From: an uncultured Candidatus Saccharibacteria bacterium | GTDB taxonomy: Bacteria > Patescibacteriota > Andersenbacteria > UBA10190 | DNA length: 64,000 nucleotides | Assembly: GCA_964610055.1 (NCBI GenBank) | Contig: CAZSUC010000001.1 | Location: 287,994 to 351,993 of the forward strand | Direction of reading: 5' to 3' | Shown here: positions 1 through 9,235 of the stretch, piece after piece | Numbering within the stretch: the stretch's first letter is position 1 | How the letters are laid out: each line of letters starts with the position of its first letter | The notes under the pieces: generated by a model | Seen by the model: the letters and a program-made list of their open reading frames with translations, nothing else | Told to the model about the DNA's origin: nothing | Databases searched by the model: none | Made by a program: the position numbers and the translations under genes

Positions 1-1
1 C

Positions 2-460
2 CTAACTAAGTCAACGCTTGTTATGAGAGATGCGGAACTGCTTTCTTCTTTCTCCAGCTGCGAAGTGGGGCTGACAGTAGAATTTGCAGATGATCAGATT
101 TCAACGCTGTTTGACCCTACAGCCCCACAGATTTCTAAAAGAATTAAGGCCCTAATGTCGTTGCGAGCAAGCGGTGTTAAGACATACGCATTCATGGGCC
201 CAATTCTGCCAGGACTTAGTGATCCAAAAGGTATCATCAAACTTGTCTCCGGAAAAATTGATTTTCTAATGGCCGAAAGCTTGAACATGCGTTGCGGTAA
301 TAGACAAGCAATTCTGGCGATCATGGAAAAACATTTTCCAGAGCTAGTTGAGACGTACCAGAAAGGATTTACTCGTCAATACTGGCAAGCTGTTCGACGG
401 GAAGTCGAAGCTATTTGTGCAGATCAAAACATTCTTCTTAAAGGATTCTATGATCACTAA
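2..460 (+). CDS. Radical SAM protein (SPL/Rv2578c-like), 5' truncated by the window edge
   Basis: The frame is open from position 2 and reads LTKSTLVMRD...GPILPGLSD, typical C-terminal motifs of this family. Confidence 0.7.
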   Translation, partial: LTKSTLVMRDAELLSSFSSCEVGLTVEFADDQISTLFDPTAPQISKRIKALMSLRASGVKTYAFMGPILPGLSDPKGIIKLVSGKIDFLMAESLNMRCGNRQAILAIMEKHFPELVETYQKGFTRQYWQAVRREVEAICADQNILLKGFYDH

Positions 461-515
461 CAGGTCATCTCGCTTTCGAATGGCCTGTTTTTTTAAAATC
501 ATTTAACATAAAACC

Positions 516-989
516 ATGGACGCAAACTTAATACAATTCTTAGTGGCAGCCAAAAAATCCACTTATGCCGGAGCATTAGCGGACAGTAAAAAAATCCTGA
601 CAGACGGTGCTCGAGAATTTAATTACGCTAATAATATTTACATCTACCGAGACCGATATTACGGTTCTGATCCCTTTGCTGGCGAAGAGGTTGTTTTTTC
701 TGCCAATGGGCGGCAAGCGATTTGGATTATGAATTACCGTGGATATACCACAGACAAATCTGTGAGCGAAGGTAATATATACGCCTTTCTTAAGCAAGCT
801 TTAAGAGAGGTAACTGAGGCAGCCCCTTTCCGTGGCCCATTCAAATTTAAAGCCAAAGATTATCAGTATGAGATGTCTTTTTCCGGCAGCACTGATTCGT
901 TTGTTGGATTAGAAGTAATACATTTCCAAAACCGGAAAGTTTACGAGCTATTTTTCCACGGTGGCGCTATAAATTGTCAAAACATTTGA
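516..989 (+). CDS. DUF5680-like protein
   Basis: FLVAAKKSTYA, YRDRYYG..PFAGEEVV, W.MNY.G, PFRGP and FHGG motifs. Confidence 0.7.
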   Translation: MDANLIQFLVAAKKSTYAGALADSKKILTDGAREFNYANNIYIYRDRYYGSDPFAGEEVVFSANGRQAIWIMNYRGYTTDKSVSEGNIYAFLKQALREVTEAAPFRGPFKFKAKDYQYEMSFSGSTDSFVGLEVIHFQNRKVYELFFHGGAINCQNI

Positions 990-1044
990 ACATTTTTGCA
1001 GAAGTGCTATACCAATAAGCATATCTTTTTAATTTTAGTCAACT

Positions 1045-2320
1045 ATGGCCGAAATCTTAGCCGCCGCGATTTTCCTTTTTGGATATCTCGCAATTTCTTT
1101 AGAACACCGTCTTTTCGTCAATAAAGCGGCTGTTTCGCTGTTTTTAGCCATTACCTTATGGGTAATTATGGCGCTTACTTTACCCGCTAGTGGCATTCAA
1201 GCCGCGATCAGCGAATCAACTGCCGATATCTTCAGTGTTGTCATCTTCCTTTTGACAGCTATGACGCTAGTGGAGATTTTAATCCACTACCATTTCTTTG
1301 ATCTGATCGAAAATTATCTGCGCGCTCGTAATTGGAATACCTATCAGCTTGGCTGGGCTTTGGTTGCCGTCGCTTTCTTTTTCTCTGCCTTTTTGGACAA
1401 TCTCACCACTACCATCGTTATGATCCAAATTGCTCGGCGCCTTTTTTGTCCTAAAGACTTATTACGCATCGCCGCCGCTGTTGTGATTGCCGCTAATGCC
1501 GGTGGAGCCTTCTCGCCCGTAGGTGACGTGACAACCATTATGCTTTGGTTTGCCCATAAATTCACTGCCACGCACATTCTTCTTCAAGGGTTTTTGCCCA
1601 GCGCATTGTTAGCTGTCAGCTCTAGTTGGTTATTATTACGCCGTTTGCCGCATGTTGATGCCCAAGCCTGTAATCCCAGACGCCAAATTAACCCGTTTAT
1701 CTCGGTCTGACCGCATTGTTATTACTGCCACTCTCCTTTCCTTCTTATTACCTCTTGGTGCTGCTTTGCTAAACTTACCGCCATATATGGGTCTTTTAGC
1801 CGGACTTGGCGCAGTTTGGATGCTAATTGATTTTGCTAAATATGCCCGTCCTCAAACAAGCCACCTTGAAGCTAATATTAAACACTTTCTTCAACACACT
1901 GACATTGAAAGCATCCAATTCTTCATCGGTATCTTGCTTTCCGTTGCCGCCTTGCATGCCCTTGGCATTCTAGAAAGCGCTACCGAACTGCTCTTTGGTC
2001 TCATGCCTTCAACTGTACGCATGGTTACTGGCTTTGTTGGTTTGGGATTCGGTTCAGCTATTGTGGATAATGTGCCTCTAACCGCTGCGGCCATTAGCGC
2101 CCTATCTAACGTCTCTGCTCCGCTTTGGGTTTTGTTAGCTCTTACGGTCGGGACCGGGGGGTCTCTCTTGGTTATCGGTTCAGCCGCCGGAGTTATTGCG
2201 ATGGGTATGTTGCCCGATTTAACCTTTACTAAATATTTACGCATCGCCACCGTACCCGCTCTTATCGGATTTTTACTTGCTGTCACTGTTTGGGCGCTTC
2301 AATACTGGCTGATTTATTAA
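1045..2320 (+). pseudogene. nhaD: NhaD/IT-superfamily Na+/H+ antiporter split by one frameshift (ORFs 1045-1710 and 1652-2320)
   Basis: The N-half has LDNLTTT and ANAGGAFSPVGDVTT; the C-half has SAIVDNVPL and GTGGSLLVIGSAAGV. The frames switch near 1670-1680. Confidence 0.75.
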
Positions 2321-2321
2321 C

Positions 2322-3905
2322 CTACCTGCGCGTTTGTCCAGTTGTCTCTTTTAGCCATTGAATTGTTCCGCCAAGTTTTTCAATCGTATCCCGATCGCCA
2401 GATTTAATTCGGCTATACCAATAGTCTTTATCATCTTCACTTGGCTCTTGTTGGTGGACAAAGTAAAACAAATAGGGGAACCAATGAGATTTTAGCTTAT
2501 CTAAGCTAATAACAGCCGTTCGAGATGTTAGTGAAGGATTCTTGCCGGTTTTTTCTGCCTTTGTCATCGCGACAATCAAATCCGCTTCATTGTTAACCTC
2601 GCCGTTGTACACAAAATTTACCCAAAACTGATTCGCGCTCGTCGTCGGTTCTTTATCAAAAATCCTGATATACAATTCATTGATCTTTGCGATCATCTGG
2701 CGCGCTGCTGGTCTCACCTTAATTAGCTCATCTGCCGCATTTGTTGCGGCCTTAGCTGCAACTGTCTGAACACTTCCGTCAGCTACAATCGTTTTAAATG
2801 CTCGAATCGGATCACCTACAGGATATCTTTTTAAAAATTCCGGATACACAGTAAGGATATATTTAGTGTTCACTCCCAATGCTTGCAAAATTTCTTTCGT
2901 CGCAATGTGACGCAGCTTCCCACTTTGCACTACATACACTTTGCTATTCAAACCTACGATCCATCCGTCTGGATATTTCTCAATATTTGCCCCACGAGGC
3001 AGCTTTGCGAATAAGGTAGCGTCGGCTGGCGCTCTTAAACTTTCATCTGGATTGCCGTCTGCCTCATATAAATAATCCGACAAGTACAAATGTTTCTCTA
3101 ACTGCCCATTGCTGGCTTCTTTAACGCGCCATATCTGTCCACCATGATAAGCACCTGTGTATAGCACCATCCCACCTGGATATTGCGTGCCGGTTAATTT
3201 CGGTCCCGTGGTAAATTCTTGCAGATGAACCGTTGAAGTAGCATATAAATTACCCGCCGGAATTTGCAGCTTTGTTCTAACCGCCGCCGATATTTCTCGC
3301 TTTCTCAGCTTATCATCAATAAAATACTGCGTTCCATTCGGTGCCACTAACACCTTCCCGGCATAAACAGAATTTACCGATCTTGTTTGCTGATACCTTG
3401 CCCAGTCCTCAGCGGATAACGTGACTACGATATCCTGCTTAAAATAATGATTTTCACCTAACCAATCACTGACTAATTCCGGTAAAATCCAGCTTTTCTT
3501 ACCACCGACCAGGATAAATACTTCCGAACTGCCTACTTGTTTAATTAAAGTCCCGTCCGGTAAAAAATTAGGGTTCACCGATGAAGGATATTCGTTTTTT
3601 CCGGTTTTAAAGCTGGCCGATGCTGGCACAGTCGACACAGTAGCCGTACTAGCGGCCGCCACGGCACCAATAGTCGTATTATTATTCGCTTTTTGATACC
3701 CCATTGCTCCTGTTAATGCCGCATATGTCTTTTTCTCGCCGTTCTGCACTCTGCTTGCCCAGTATGCCCACTCTGCGGTGCTCGGATCTCTTCCGTAAAC
3801 GCTGCGAAAAGCCTGATTTACTTGGTCAACTAACGCCGCCTTTGCCTCTGGTGCCGCCATTATTCCCACCAACAACGCCAGCGTTAAAAATCTTCGCTTC
3901 ATCAT
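2322..3905 (-). CDS. Secreted surface protein with CPR-type beta repeats and three copies of a helical 'R/E-P...YW..R' module
   Basis: Signal peptide MMKRRFLTLALL...AKA; repeats such as LPDGTLIK..SEVFIL.GGKK and YPDGWIV..KVYVVQSGKLRHI. Confidence 0.65.
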   Translation of the reverse strand: MMKRRFLTLALLVGIMAAPEAKAALVDQVNQAFRSVYGRDPSTAEWAYWASRVQNGEKKTYAALTGAMGYQKANNNTTIGAVAAASTATVSTVPASASFKTGKNEYPSSVNPNFLPDGTLIKQVGSSEVFILVGGKKSWILPELVSDWLGENHYFKQDIVVTLSAEDWARYQQTRSVNSVYAGKVLVAPNGTQYFIDDKLRKREISAAVRTKLQIPAGNLYATSTVHLQEFTTGPKLTGTQYPGGMVLYTGAYHGGQIWRVKEASNGQLEKHLYLSDYLYEADGNPDESLRAPADATLFAKLPRGANIEKYPDGWIVGLNSKVYVVQSGKLRHIATKEILQALGVNTKYILTVYPEFLKRYPVGDPIRAFKTIVADGSVQTVAAKAATNAADELIKVRPAARQMIAKINELYIRIFDKEPTTSANQFWVNFVYNGEVNNEADLIVAMTKAEKTGKNPSLTSRTAVISLDKLKSHWFPYLFYFVHQQEPSEDDKDYWYSRIKSGDRDTIEKLGGTIQWLKETTGQTRR

Positions 3906-3906
3906 G

Positions 3907-4506
3907 CTAAAAACCTAATCTTCTCGCCCACATATCGACTGCCGGCTCCTCCAAATCTTGGTCTTCTGGTAAAAATTCCAACAAAACATCACGAATCACT
4001 ACTGGATCCATGTCACCAATCTCCATATGCACCAACGGTGACAATTTCTTCTTACTTCTAAACAAAACTAATTTAGCTTCCCCTGGTTCATACACCACAT
4101 TAAACGAGTCTAATTCCTTGAAATGATACAGTGAATTATTCACCGCCGGGCCATCCACCATAATTCGATACCGCATCATTGGCGGCTTATGCTGAGCAAT
4201 CGTATATATTAATCCTCCCACCAAAGCAATCGTAATAATCGCAATAAAATTCGCCGTTATCAGGAAAATTCCCATTATAACGGTCAATACAACTGCTAAC
4301 CATATAAACCATTTTGGACTTTTAGGGCGATGTTCAAACGCCAAGGCATGCCATTCTAACAGGGTCGCAACATCTTCCACGTCATCATCAATATCACGCA
4401 AATCGTGAGTTTCTTGCATTTCCTTCAATTCGTGCTGAAAACGCTTGTTTCCAGCCTGCGCTCGCAGATTCTTTTGAACCACCGCTCGCGGCACTTTCCT
4501 AATCAT
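3907..4506 (-). CDS. Two-TM membrane protein (DUF5673-like, CPR conserved)
   Basis: W.A.EF.HRPKSPKW followed by two TM helices and a PH-like tail. Start placed at ATG 4506, 6 nt after TATAAT. Confidence 0.6.
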   Translation of the reverse strand: MIRKVPRAVVQKNLRAQAGNKRFQHELKEMQETHDLRDIDDDVEDVATLLEWHALAFEHRPKSPKWFIWLAVVLTVIMGIFLITANFIAIITIALVGGLIYTIAQHKPPMMRYRIMVDGPAVNNSLYHFKELDSFNVVYEPGEAKLVLFRSKKKLSPLVHMEIGDMDPVVIRDVLLEFLPEDQDLEEPAVDMWARRLGF

Positions 4507-4563
4507 TCCCCAATTATACACGCTCTGGATTTTTTCCGGAAATTAACGCACTATACACCTACT

Positions 4564-4640
4564 GATCTCGTAGCTCAGCTGGATAGAGCGTCAGCTTGCG
4601 GAGCTGAAGGCCGCAGGTTCGAATCCTGCCGAGATCACCA
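4564..4640 (+). tRNA. tRNA-Arg(GCG)
   Basis: Cloverleaf with acceptor GATCTCG/CGAGATC, anticodon arm TCAGC-TTGCGGA-GCTGA, TTCGAAT T-loop and encoded CCA. Confidence 0.95.
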
Positions 4641-4648
4641 ATTATAGG

Positions 4649-4737
4649 GGAGAGGTCGCATAGTTGGCCTAGTGCGCGGGCTTGGAAAGCTCGTATACCG
4701 CAAGGTATCGTGGGTTCGAATCCCACCCTCTCCGCCA
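4649..4737 (+). tRNA. tRNA-Ser(GGA)
   Basis: Acceptor GGAGAGG/CCTCTCC, anticodon loop TTGGAAA, long variable arm, G73 and CCA. Confidence 0.95.
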
Positions 4738-4764
4738 AAATTGAAAATCGGAATTGGAAGCCGA

Positions 4765-4795
4765 AATGGGGTCGCGCCTGCGGCGCGACCCCATT
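4765..4795. terminator. Perfect 14-bp GC-rich hairpin downstream of the tRNA pair
   Basis: AATGGGGTCGCGCC-tgc-GGCGCGACCCCATT; the U-tract is weak. Confidence 0.6.
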
Positions 4796-4804
4796 CGTCT
4801 GGGA

Positions 4805-5098
4805 GTGAATCAAGCCTGCAATTGTAACGATGTGTGTACTCGTTATGGCGCGCAACCTCGTCCCTTGCCGGCTGCCGGTCTCTTGGCTTTGGCTGCTTTG
4901 GCACCTTCTTGGCGCCGGCAACTTGGTAGTCCAGGAGTGCCTGCTGTCTTCCTGCCTGGTTACAACGTTAACCTGAATTTTCAATGTCCAAACCAGCACG
5001 TCCTGCTCATGGGATATGATGCTGCGACTGAGCAGATTACTTTCGACGTCAAGCATCGCCGAGAAGGCACTTTTTATTTGCGTATATTTGCATATTAA
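4805..5098 (+). pseudogene. Probable 5'-truncated paralogue of the downstream orphan ORF
   Basis: PSWRR...FLPGY...VLL...ITFD aligns by eye with PTWAR...QVPGY...ILV...IEFD of 5162-5737. Confidence 0.4.
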
Positions 5099-5161
5099 AC
5101 CAAAAAGCATATCATGATTTGCAGTTCTTTTTTCTCTCACCTATCTCGAAAGGGGCGTCTC

Positions 5162-5737
5162 ATGGACGACAACAAAATGTCAGTCGGGTGCCAGGATCAG
5201 ATTGGGCAGTGGCGCGAGGCCTTGAAATGGATGGGGCATTTACCTGTTTGTCCTCGATCGGAAAGCCTTACGGATTTTCTAGCAAACCATCCCGAGCCTC
5301 TACAGCGCACTAATGGAGTTGTCCCGGTTTTAACCTGTCACTACCCAGAGGCAAAGAAAGAGATTCAATTTTACGCGTCATTCTTAGCTGTTGTTTACGG
5401 AACTATTTGTAACAACACCAGAGGCATCGCCAGCGACATCGACGCAGGAGATCGAATCTTCTTCTCTTGGGCGCAGGTTGATCTGACGGAAGACACATTG
5501 TCTGCTTTTTCTCAGCCAGGAGCAGGGGCGGCCATTTTTGCCGCCATTGTCATGTATCCTACTTGGGCACGATCATGCTTTAATGCGAAACGCGGCATTC
5601 AAGTGCCTGGGTACGAGACTGGCAACAACATCCTTGTTGTTCGCCGATCAAACAAAGAGCCGGTGTGCATTGAGTTTGATCTCGTGCCTGATCGTCAGGT
5701 TGAGCTTCTCGCAACTCCGCGGGTACTTGTACCCTAG
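5162..5737 (+). CDS. Orphan protein, putative CLec-like/DGR-target-like family
   Basis: GAAAGGGG SD before ATG 5162; own terminator downstream. Confidence 0.55.
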   Translation: MDDNKMSVGCQDQIGQWREALKWMGHLPVCPRSESLTDFLANHPEPLQRTNGVVPVLTCHYPEAKKEIQFYASFLAVVYGTICNNTRGIASDIDAGDRIFFSWAQVDLTEDTLSAFSQPGAGAAIFAAIVMYPTWARSCFNAKRGIQVPGYETGNNILVVRRSNKEPVCIEFDLVPDRQVELLATPRVLVP

Positions 5738-5746
5738 GCGTCCACC

Positions 5747-5780
5747 AACTGGTCTTCTCCGCAAGAAGACCAGTTTTATT
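5747..5780 (+). terminator. Intrinsic terminator between convergent genes
   Basis: AACTGGTCTTCT-ccgca-AGAAGACCAGTT followed by T-rich sequence. Confidence 0.7.
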
Positions 5781-6375
5781 TTACCTCTCTCACTTCTTCC
5801 TCTAATTCCGGTAAGTTTTCTTGATTAAAATGTTGCCGGTCATCAAAAATTCTCACTTTTGCTTGCGGCAGTCTGCTTGTATATTCCGCTAAATTAGTAA
5901 ACGGCACCACCGGATCATCTTTACTGTGATACAAGCTTACCTGCTCGCATTGTTGAGATAATAACGATAAATCATTCGGCATCTCAAAATCCGCGAGCGA
6001 CTCATCTGCTCCAACTCGAAACGGGGGAGCAATCAAAAACACCGCCTTAACTGTAATCGGCATTTTTTCTTCAGCTAAATATTTAGCCAAGAAAATTCCT
6101 CCTAAAGAATGACCAATTAAGATCACGTTATCCTGCACAAACGATTCAACTTTTTGCCACCAAATCTTCCATTCCGCATACTTTGCATTTTGCGCATTCG
6201 GCATCTTAGGGCGAATCACTTCGTAATCATCTCCTAATCGTTCTGCTAATCTTTCCTTCCAGTCAATTTGCATCAAGCGTTCCCATTGTAATTCTTTCTG
6301 TTTTAAATCAGCGATGTATTCTTGATAACTCGCAAACGTATTCCCTCCATGAATAATCACAATTTGTTGTTTCAT
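5776..6375 (-). CDS. RBBP9/YdeN-family alpha/beta hydrolase
   Basis: IIHGG, GHSLGG nucleophile elbow, HSKDDPVVP, HF. Confidence 0.85.
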   Translation of the reverse strand: MKQQIVIIHGGNTFASYQEYIADLKQKELQWERLMQIDWKERLAERLGDDYEVIRPKMPNAQNAKYAEWKIWWQKVESFVQDNVILIGHSLGGIFLAKYLAEEKMPITVKAVFLIAPPFRVGADESLADFEMPNDLSLLSQQCEQVSLYHSKDDPVVPFTNLAEYTSRLPQAKVRIFDDRQHFNQENLPELEEEVREVK

Positions 6376-6379
6376 ATTT

Positions 6380-6742
6380 TCATTTATTTTTCTGTCGCCA
6401 AGCTGCTATTACAGACCAAGTGACGTAAATAAGCAATGCGTAAATAATTGCTACTGCAAAACTTCCTGGCAATAAAGGCCCATCAGGCGCAACAACTAAG
6501 GTATTATTTGACCACCATCCTAAAATGCGCAAAACAAAGGAAAACGGATAAGCAATATATGTTTCGGAAATATATAAAAAATTTTCAATAAATTCTTCTA
6601 CATCAAACCAAAAACTTTCAATGGGTATATATAAATTAAAAATCATTTTTATTGCAAGCCACATTTGAAAAAACGGGAATATAAATGGCAATAATGATAT
6701 CGCGATTTTCCATTTTGTAGGATATAAAATACCGCGCAACAT
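6380..6742 (-). CDS. Small AT-rich membrane protein
   Basis: Hydrophobic segments. Start placed at ATG 6742 behind TATAAT-N6. Confidence 0.55.
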   Translation of the reverse strand: MLRGILYPTKWKIAISLLPFIFPFFQMWLAIKMIFNLYIPIESFWFDVEEFIENFLYISETYIAYPFSFVLRILGWWSNNTLVVAPDGPLLPGSFAVAIIYALLIYVTWSVIAAWRQKNK

Positions 6743-6782
6743 ACTTTTATTATAATGGTATTTCTTTATAATAAACATAGTC

Positions 6783-8540
6783 ATGCGTATATCGTTACTC
6801 AGTTTAATCCTCGTAGCTATTACTCTGATTTATTTTTGGCATATTAACTCTGTTAATGCTTTTCAAATCGTTGCGCCTTCTGATCTTCCGCCCGGCGCTG
6901 TTAGGCAGCCAATTATTTTAGTGCCCGGTATCACGGTCTCTCAAAATAAAAAATTAATGTATCGCGATGAAGAAGGGGGAGAATGGAAATTCGCCCCTTT
7001 CTTTAATGTGTATAAAGGTTTAATTAACAAACTCGAATCCGCCGGATACGAGCAAGATCAAGATTTATTTATTGCCCACTATGATTGGCGTTACGGTGCC
7101 GAACATAACGCTGAACATTATTTAAAACCCATGATCGAGGCAGCAAAATCTAAAACCGGATCTTATACAGTTGATCTTGTTGCGCACAGTTTTGGCGGCA
7201 TTGTCAGTCGTGCCTATATCCAAGGCGATGATTACGATTACGACGTTGATCAACTCATAACCATCGGATCTCCTCACGAAGGTTCTGCTGACTCTTATGT
7301 AGCTTGGGAAGGTGGCTTATTTCCACAAGGCTGGGGATATTGGATTAGTGGGAGAATTGAACAAGTTGAAGAAACTCTCAAAACAACTCGTAATCAACCG
7401 GACATCCAGCGCCCTGAATCATTTCGTGCTTTCTTTCCTTCTCTAAAAGACATGCTGCCGATTAATTCTTTTATTAAAAAAGATGGCGCTTTACAAAGTC
7501 CCACTCTCTTAACAGCGCAAAATGATTTTCTCAAAACAGCCCAAGATAATCTATCAAATATCAGCGATAAATTCGTTCGTCTCACAACTATTGCAGGTAC
7601 CAGTTTAGATACCTTGGCTAATATTAGTTTGCTAAATACTCGCACTGCCGAAGATGAAGAACTAAATCGTTGGCGCGACGGTCATGCTGTTACTGTTCCG
7701 CCGCCTCTTGATTCCGATGAAGGTGACGGCCGTGTTCTTTATAACGACGCTGTGATCGGCGAAGACGTCATCACTGTTTCCGGTATTGCTCATCATAAAC
7801 TTCCCGATGCCGTCCAGGACGATGTTTTTACCAAATTAGGTTTAGCTCCTCAAGCTTCTTTCTGGTCAACCTTCCCAGAACGAATTTTTAGTATTGTCAT
7901 CTTATCTCCTTTACAAGCCGAAATCGTCGGCCCGTCCGGTCAAATCCTCTCTGTCTCTCAAAATGATTTTGGATCTGATTATGCGGATTACGATGATGAT
8001 CCGAATGACCCCGACGATCCTATTGAAATCAATCTCGCTGATATGCCAATTGGCAATTATCAAATCAATTACACTGGTACTGGCACGGGGGAATATACCG
8101 TTATTACTTCTTATGCGGATGAAAATGAATTAGAAACTGATAGTTTTTCCGGTACGGCTACCCCCGGCCAAATTTTAACTTCATCTTTTTCAATTACTGC
8201 GGCTAGTGCGAATAATTTTGATATTGTTCAACCCGACACATCTTTAGAACCATCACCCTCAACATCCTCATCCGGTCGAGGAGATGAACGTGATTGTTGT
8301 CCCGGGCCTGACCCTACACCAATCCCAACCTCTCAGCCCAAAGTCTTAAGTGCCCGTACTATCGCAAGTCCTTATCGCCACCTTGTCCCGCTCATCAATC
8401 ATTTGCATCGTCTCGCTTATAATCGTCATCCTACTTACGACGAACATATTTATTGGTGGGATCGTGTTCTTAAAGGTGATTTTATGCGCGCCGATCAGCT
8501 TCTCGGCGCTATGCAGTGGCACGCTTTACCGCGCCACTGA
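6783..8540 (+). CDS. Secreted PGAP1/LCAT-like lipase/acyltransferase with C-terminal surface module
   Basis: N-terminal signal/TM, PIILVPGI, YDWR, AHSFGG, IGSPH.GS, GDGRV and a P/S/T linker. Confidence 0.8.
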   Translation: MRISLLSLILVAITLIYFWHINSVNAFQIVAPSDLPPGAVRQPIILVPGITVSQNKKLMYRDEEGGEWKFAPFFNVYKGLINKLESAGYEQDQDLFIAHYDWRYGAEHNAEHYLKPMIEAAKSKTGSYTVDLVAHSFGGIVSRAYIQGDDYDYDVDQLITIGSPHEGSADSYVAWEGGLFPQGWGYWISGRIEQVEETLKTTRNQPDIQRPESFRAFFPSLKDMLPINSFIKKDGALQSPTLLTAQNDFLKTAQDNLSNISDKFVRLTTIAGTSLDTLANISLLNTRTAEDEELNRWRDGHAVTVPPPLDSDEGDGRVLYNDAVIGEDVITVSGIAHHKLPDAVQDDVFTKLGLAPQASFWSTFPERIFSIVILSPLQAEIVGPSGQILSVSQNDFGSDYADYDDDPNDPDDPIEINLADMPIGNYQINYTGTGTGEYTVITSYADENELETDSFSGTATPGQILTSSFSITAASANNFDIVQPDTSLEPSPSTSSSGRGDERDCCPGPDPTPIPTSQPKVLSARTIASPYRHLVPLINHLHRLAYNRHPTYDEHIYWWDRVLKGDFMRADQLLGAMQWHALPRH

Positions 8541-9233
8541 CAATCCCCAAATTTTTCCTTGCTTGCGCGGCCGCAAAGCCATCGCCGCCGATTCAAATGT
8601 CGCGCCTGTCGTCATCACATCATCTACTAAGATGACAATTTTGCATGTCTTCGGTAGTAAGGCTACTTGCTCAAAAGCCGCCGTCACATTTTCTTCGCGC
8701 TCTGTTTTCTCTAATTGTGCTTGTGGTCTAGTATATTTTATTCGTTTCAAAGCATTCATCCATGGCACTCCGCTTGCTTCCGATAACGCTCGGACAATTT
8801 CTTCGCTCTGATTAAATCCGCGTACTTTTTGGCGGCGCTGATGCAAGGGGATCGGAATTAACACTGCTTCTGTCCGTAATTTTGGCAAACTATCTATCTG
8901 ACACAACGGCCACGCCAAAAGCTCAGCCAAAACTGGCGCGACCCCGCGCACACTCTTAAACTTCAGCCATTCAATTCCACGTCTTAACCATTCCGTGTTA
9001 TACGTCCCAAAACTTATCACTCCCGTTAAAACGGTTTCATTTCTGCATTCCCAACAAGTTAATCCTTGCGGATGTTTATGCTCGCATACAATACATTCGT
9101 TCAAACTTAAAGGCCGGGCATGGTGCCGACAATTCGCACATAAATAACTACCCTCCTTAAAACAGCGCATACATCTGGCCGGCGCTAAAGCTTCACTTAA
9201 TCCTGTCCAAATTTCTCTGACGGCTTCCCACAC
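8526..9233 (-). CDS. comF: ComF family competence protein
   Basis: Double zinc ribbon CxxC, PIPLH..R...RGFNQS, LVDDVMTTGAT. Confidence 0.9.
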   Translation of the reverse strand: MWEAVREIWTGLSEALAPARCMRCFKEGSYLCANCRHHARPLSLNECIVCEHKHPQGLTCWECRNETVLTGVISFGTYNTEWLRRGIEWLKFKSVRGVAPVLAELLAWPLCQIDSLPKLRTEAVLIPIPLHQRRQKVRGFNQSEEIVRALSEASGVPWMNALKRIKYTRPQAQLEKTEREENVTAAFEQVALLPKTCKIVILVDDVMTTGATFESAAMALRPRKQGKIWGLSVAR

Positions 9234-9235
9234 TG

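Noticed and set aside
4405-5140. ORFs 4405-4647, 4559-5140 and 4635-4904
   Set aside because: Shadow ORFs running across the two tRNA genes.
4738-8540. tRNA-Ser-anchored integrative island or prophage
   Set aside because: Accessory genes follow the tRNA, but I found no integrase and no convincing duplicated tRNA 3' end.
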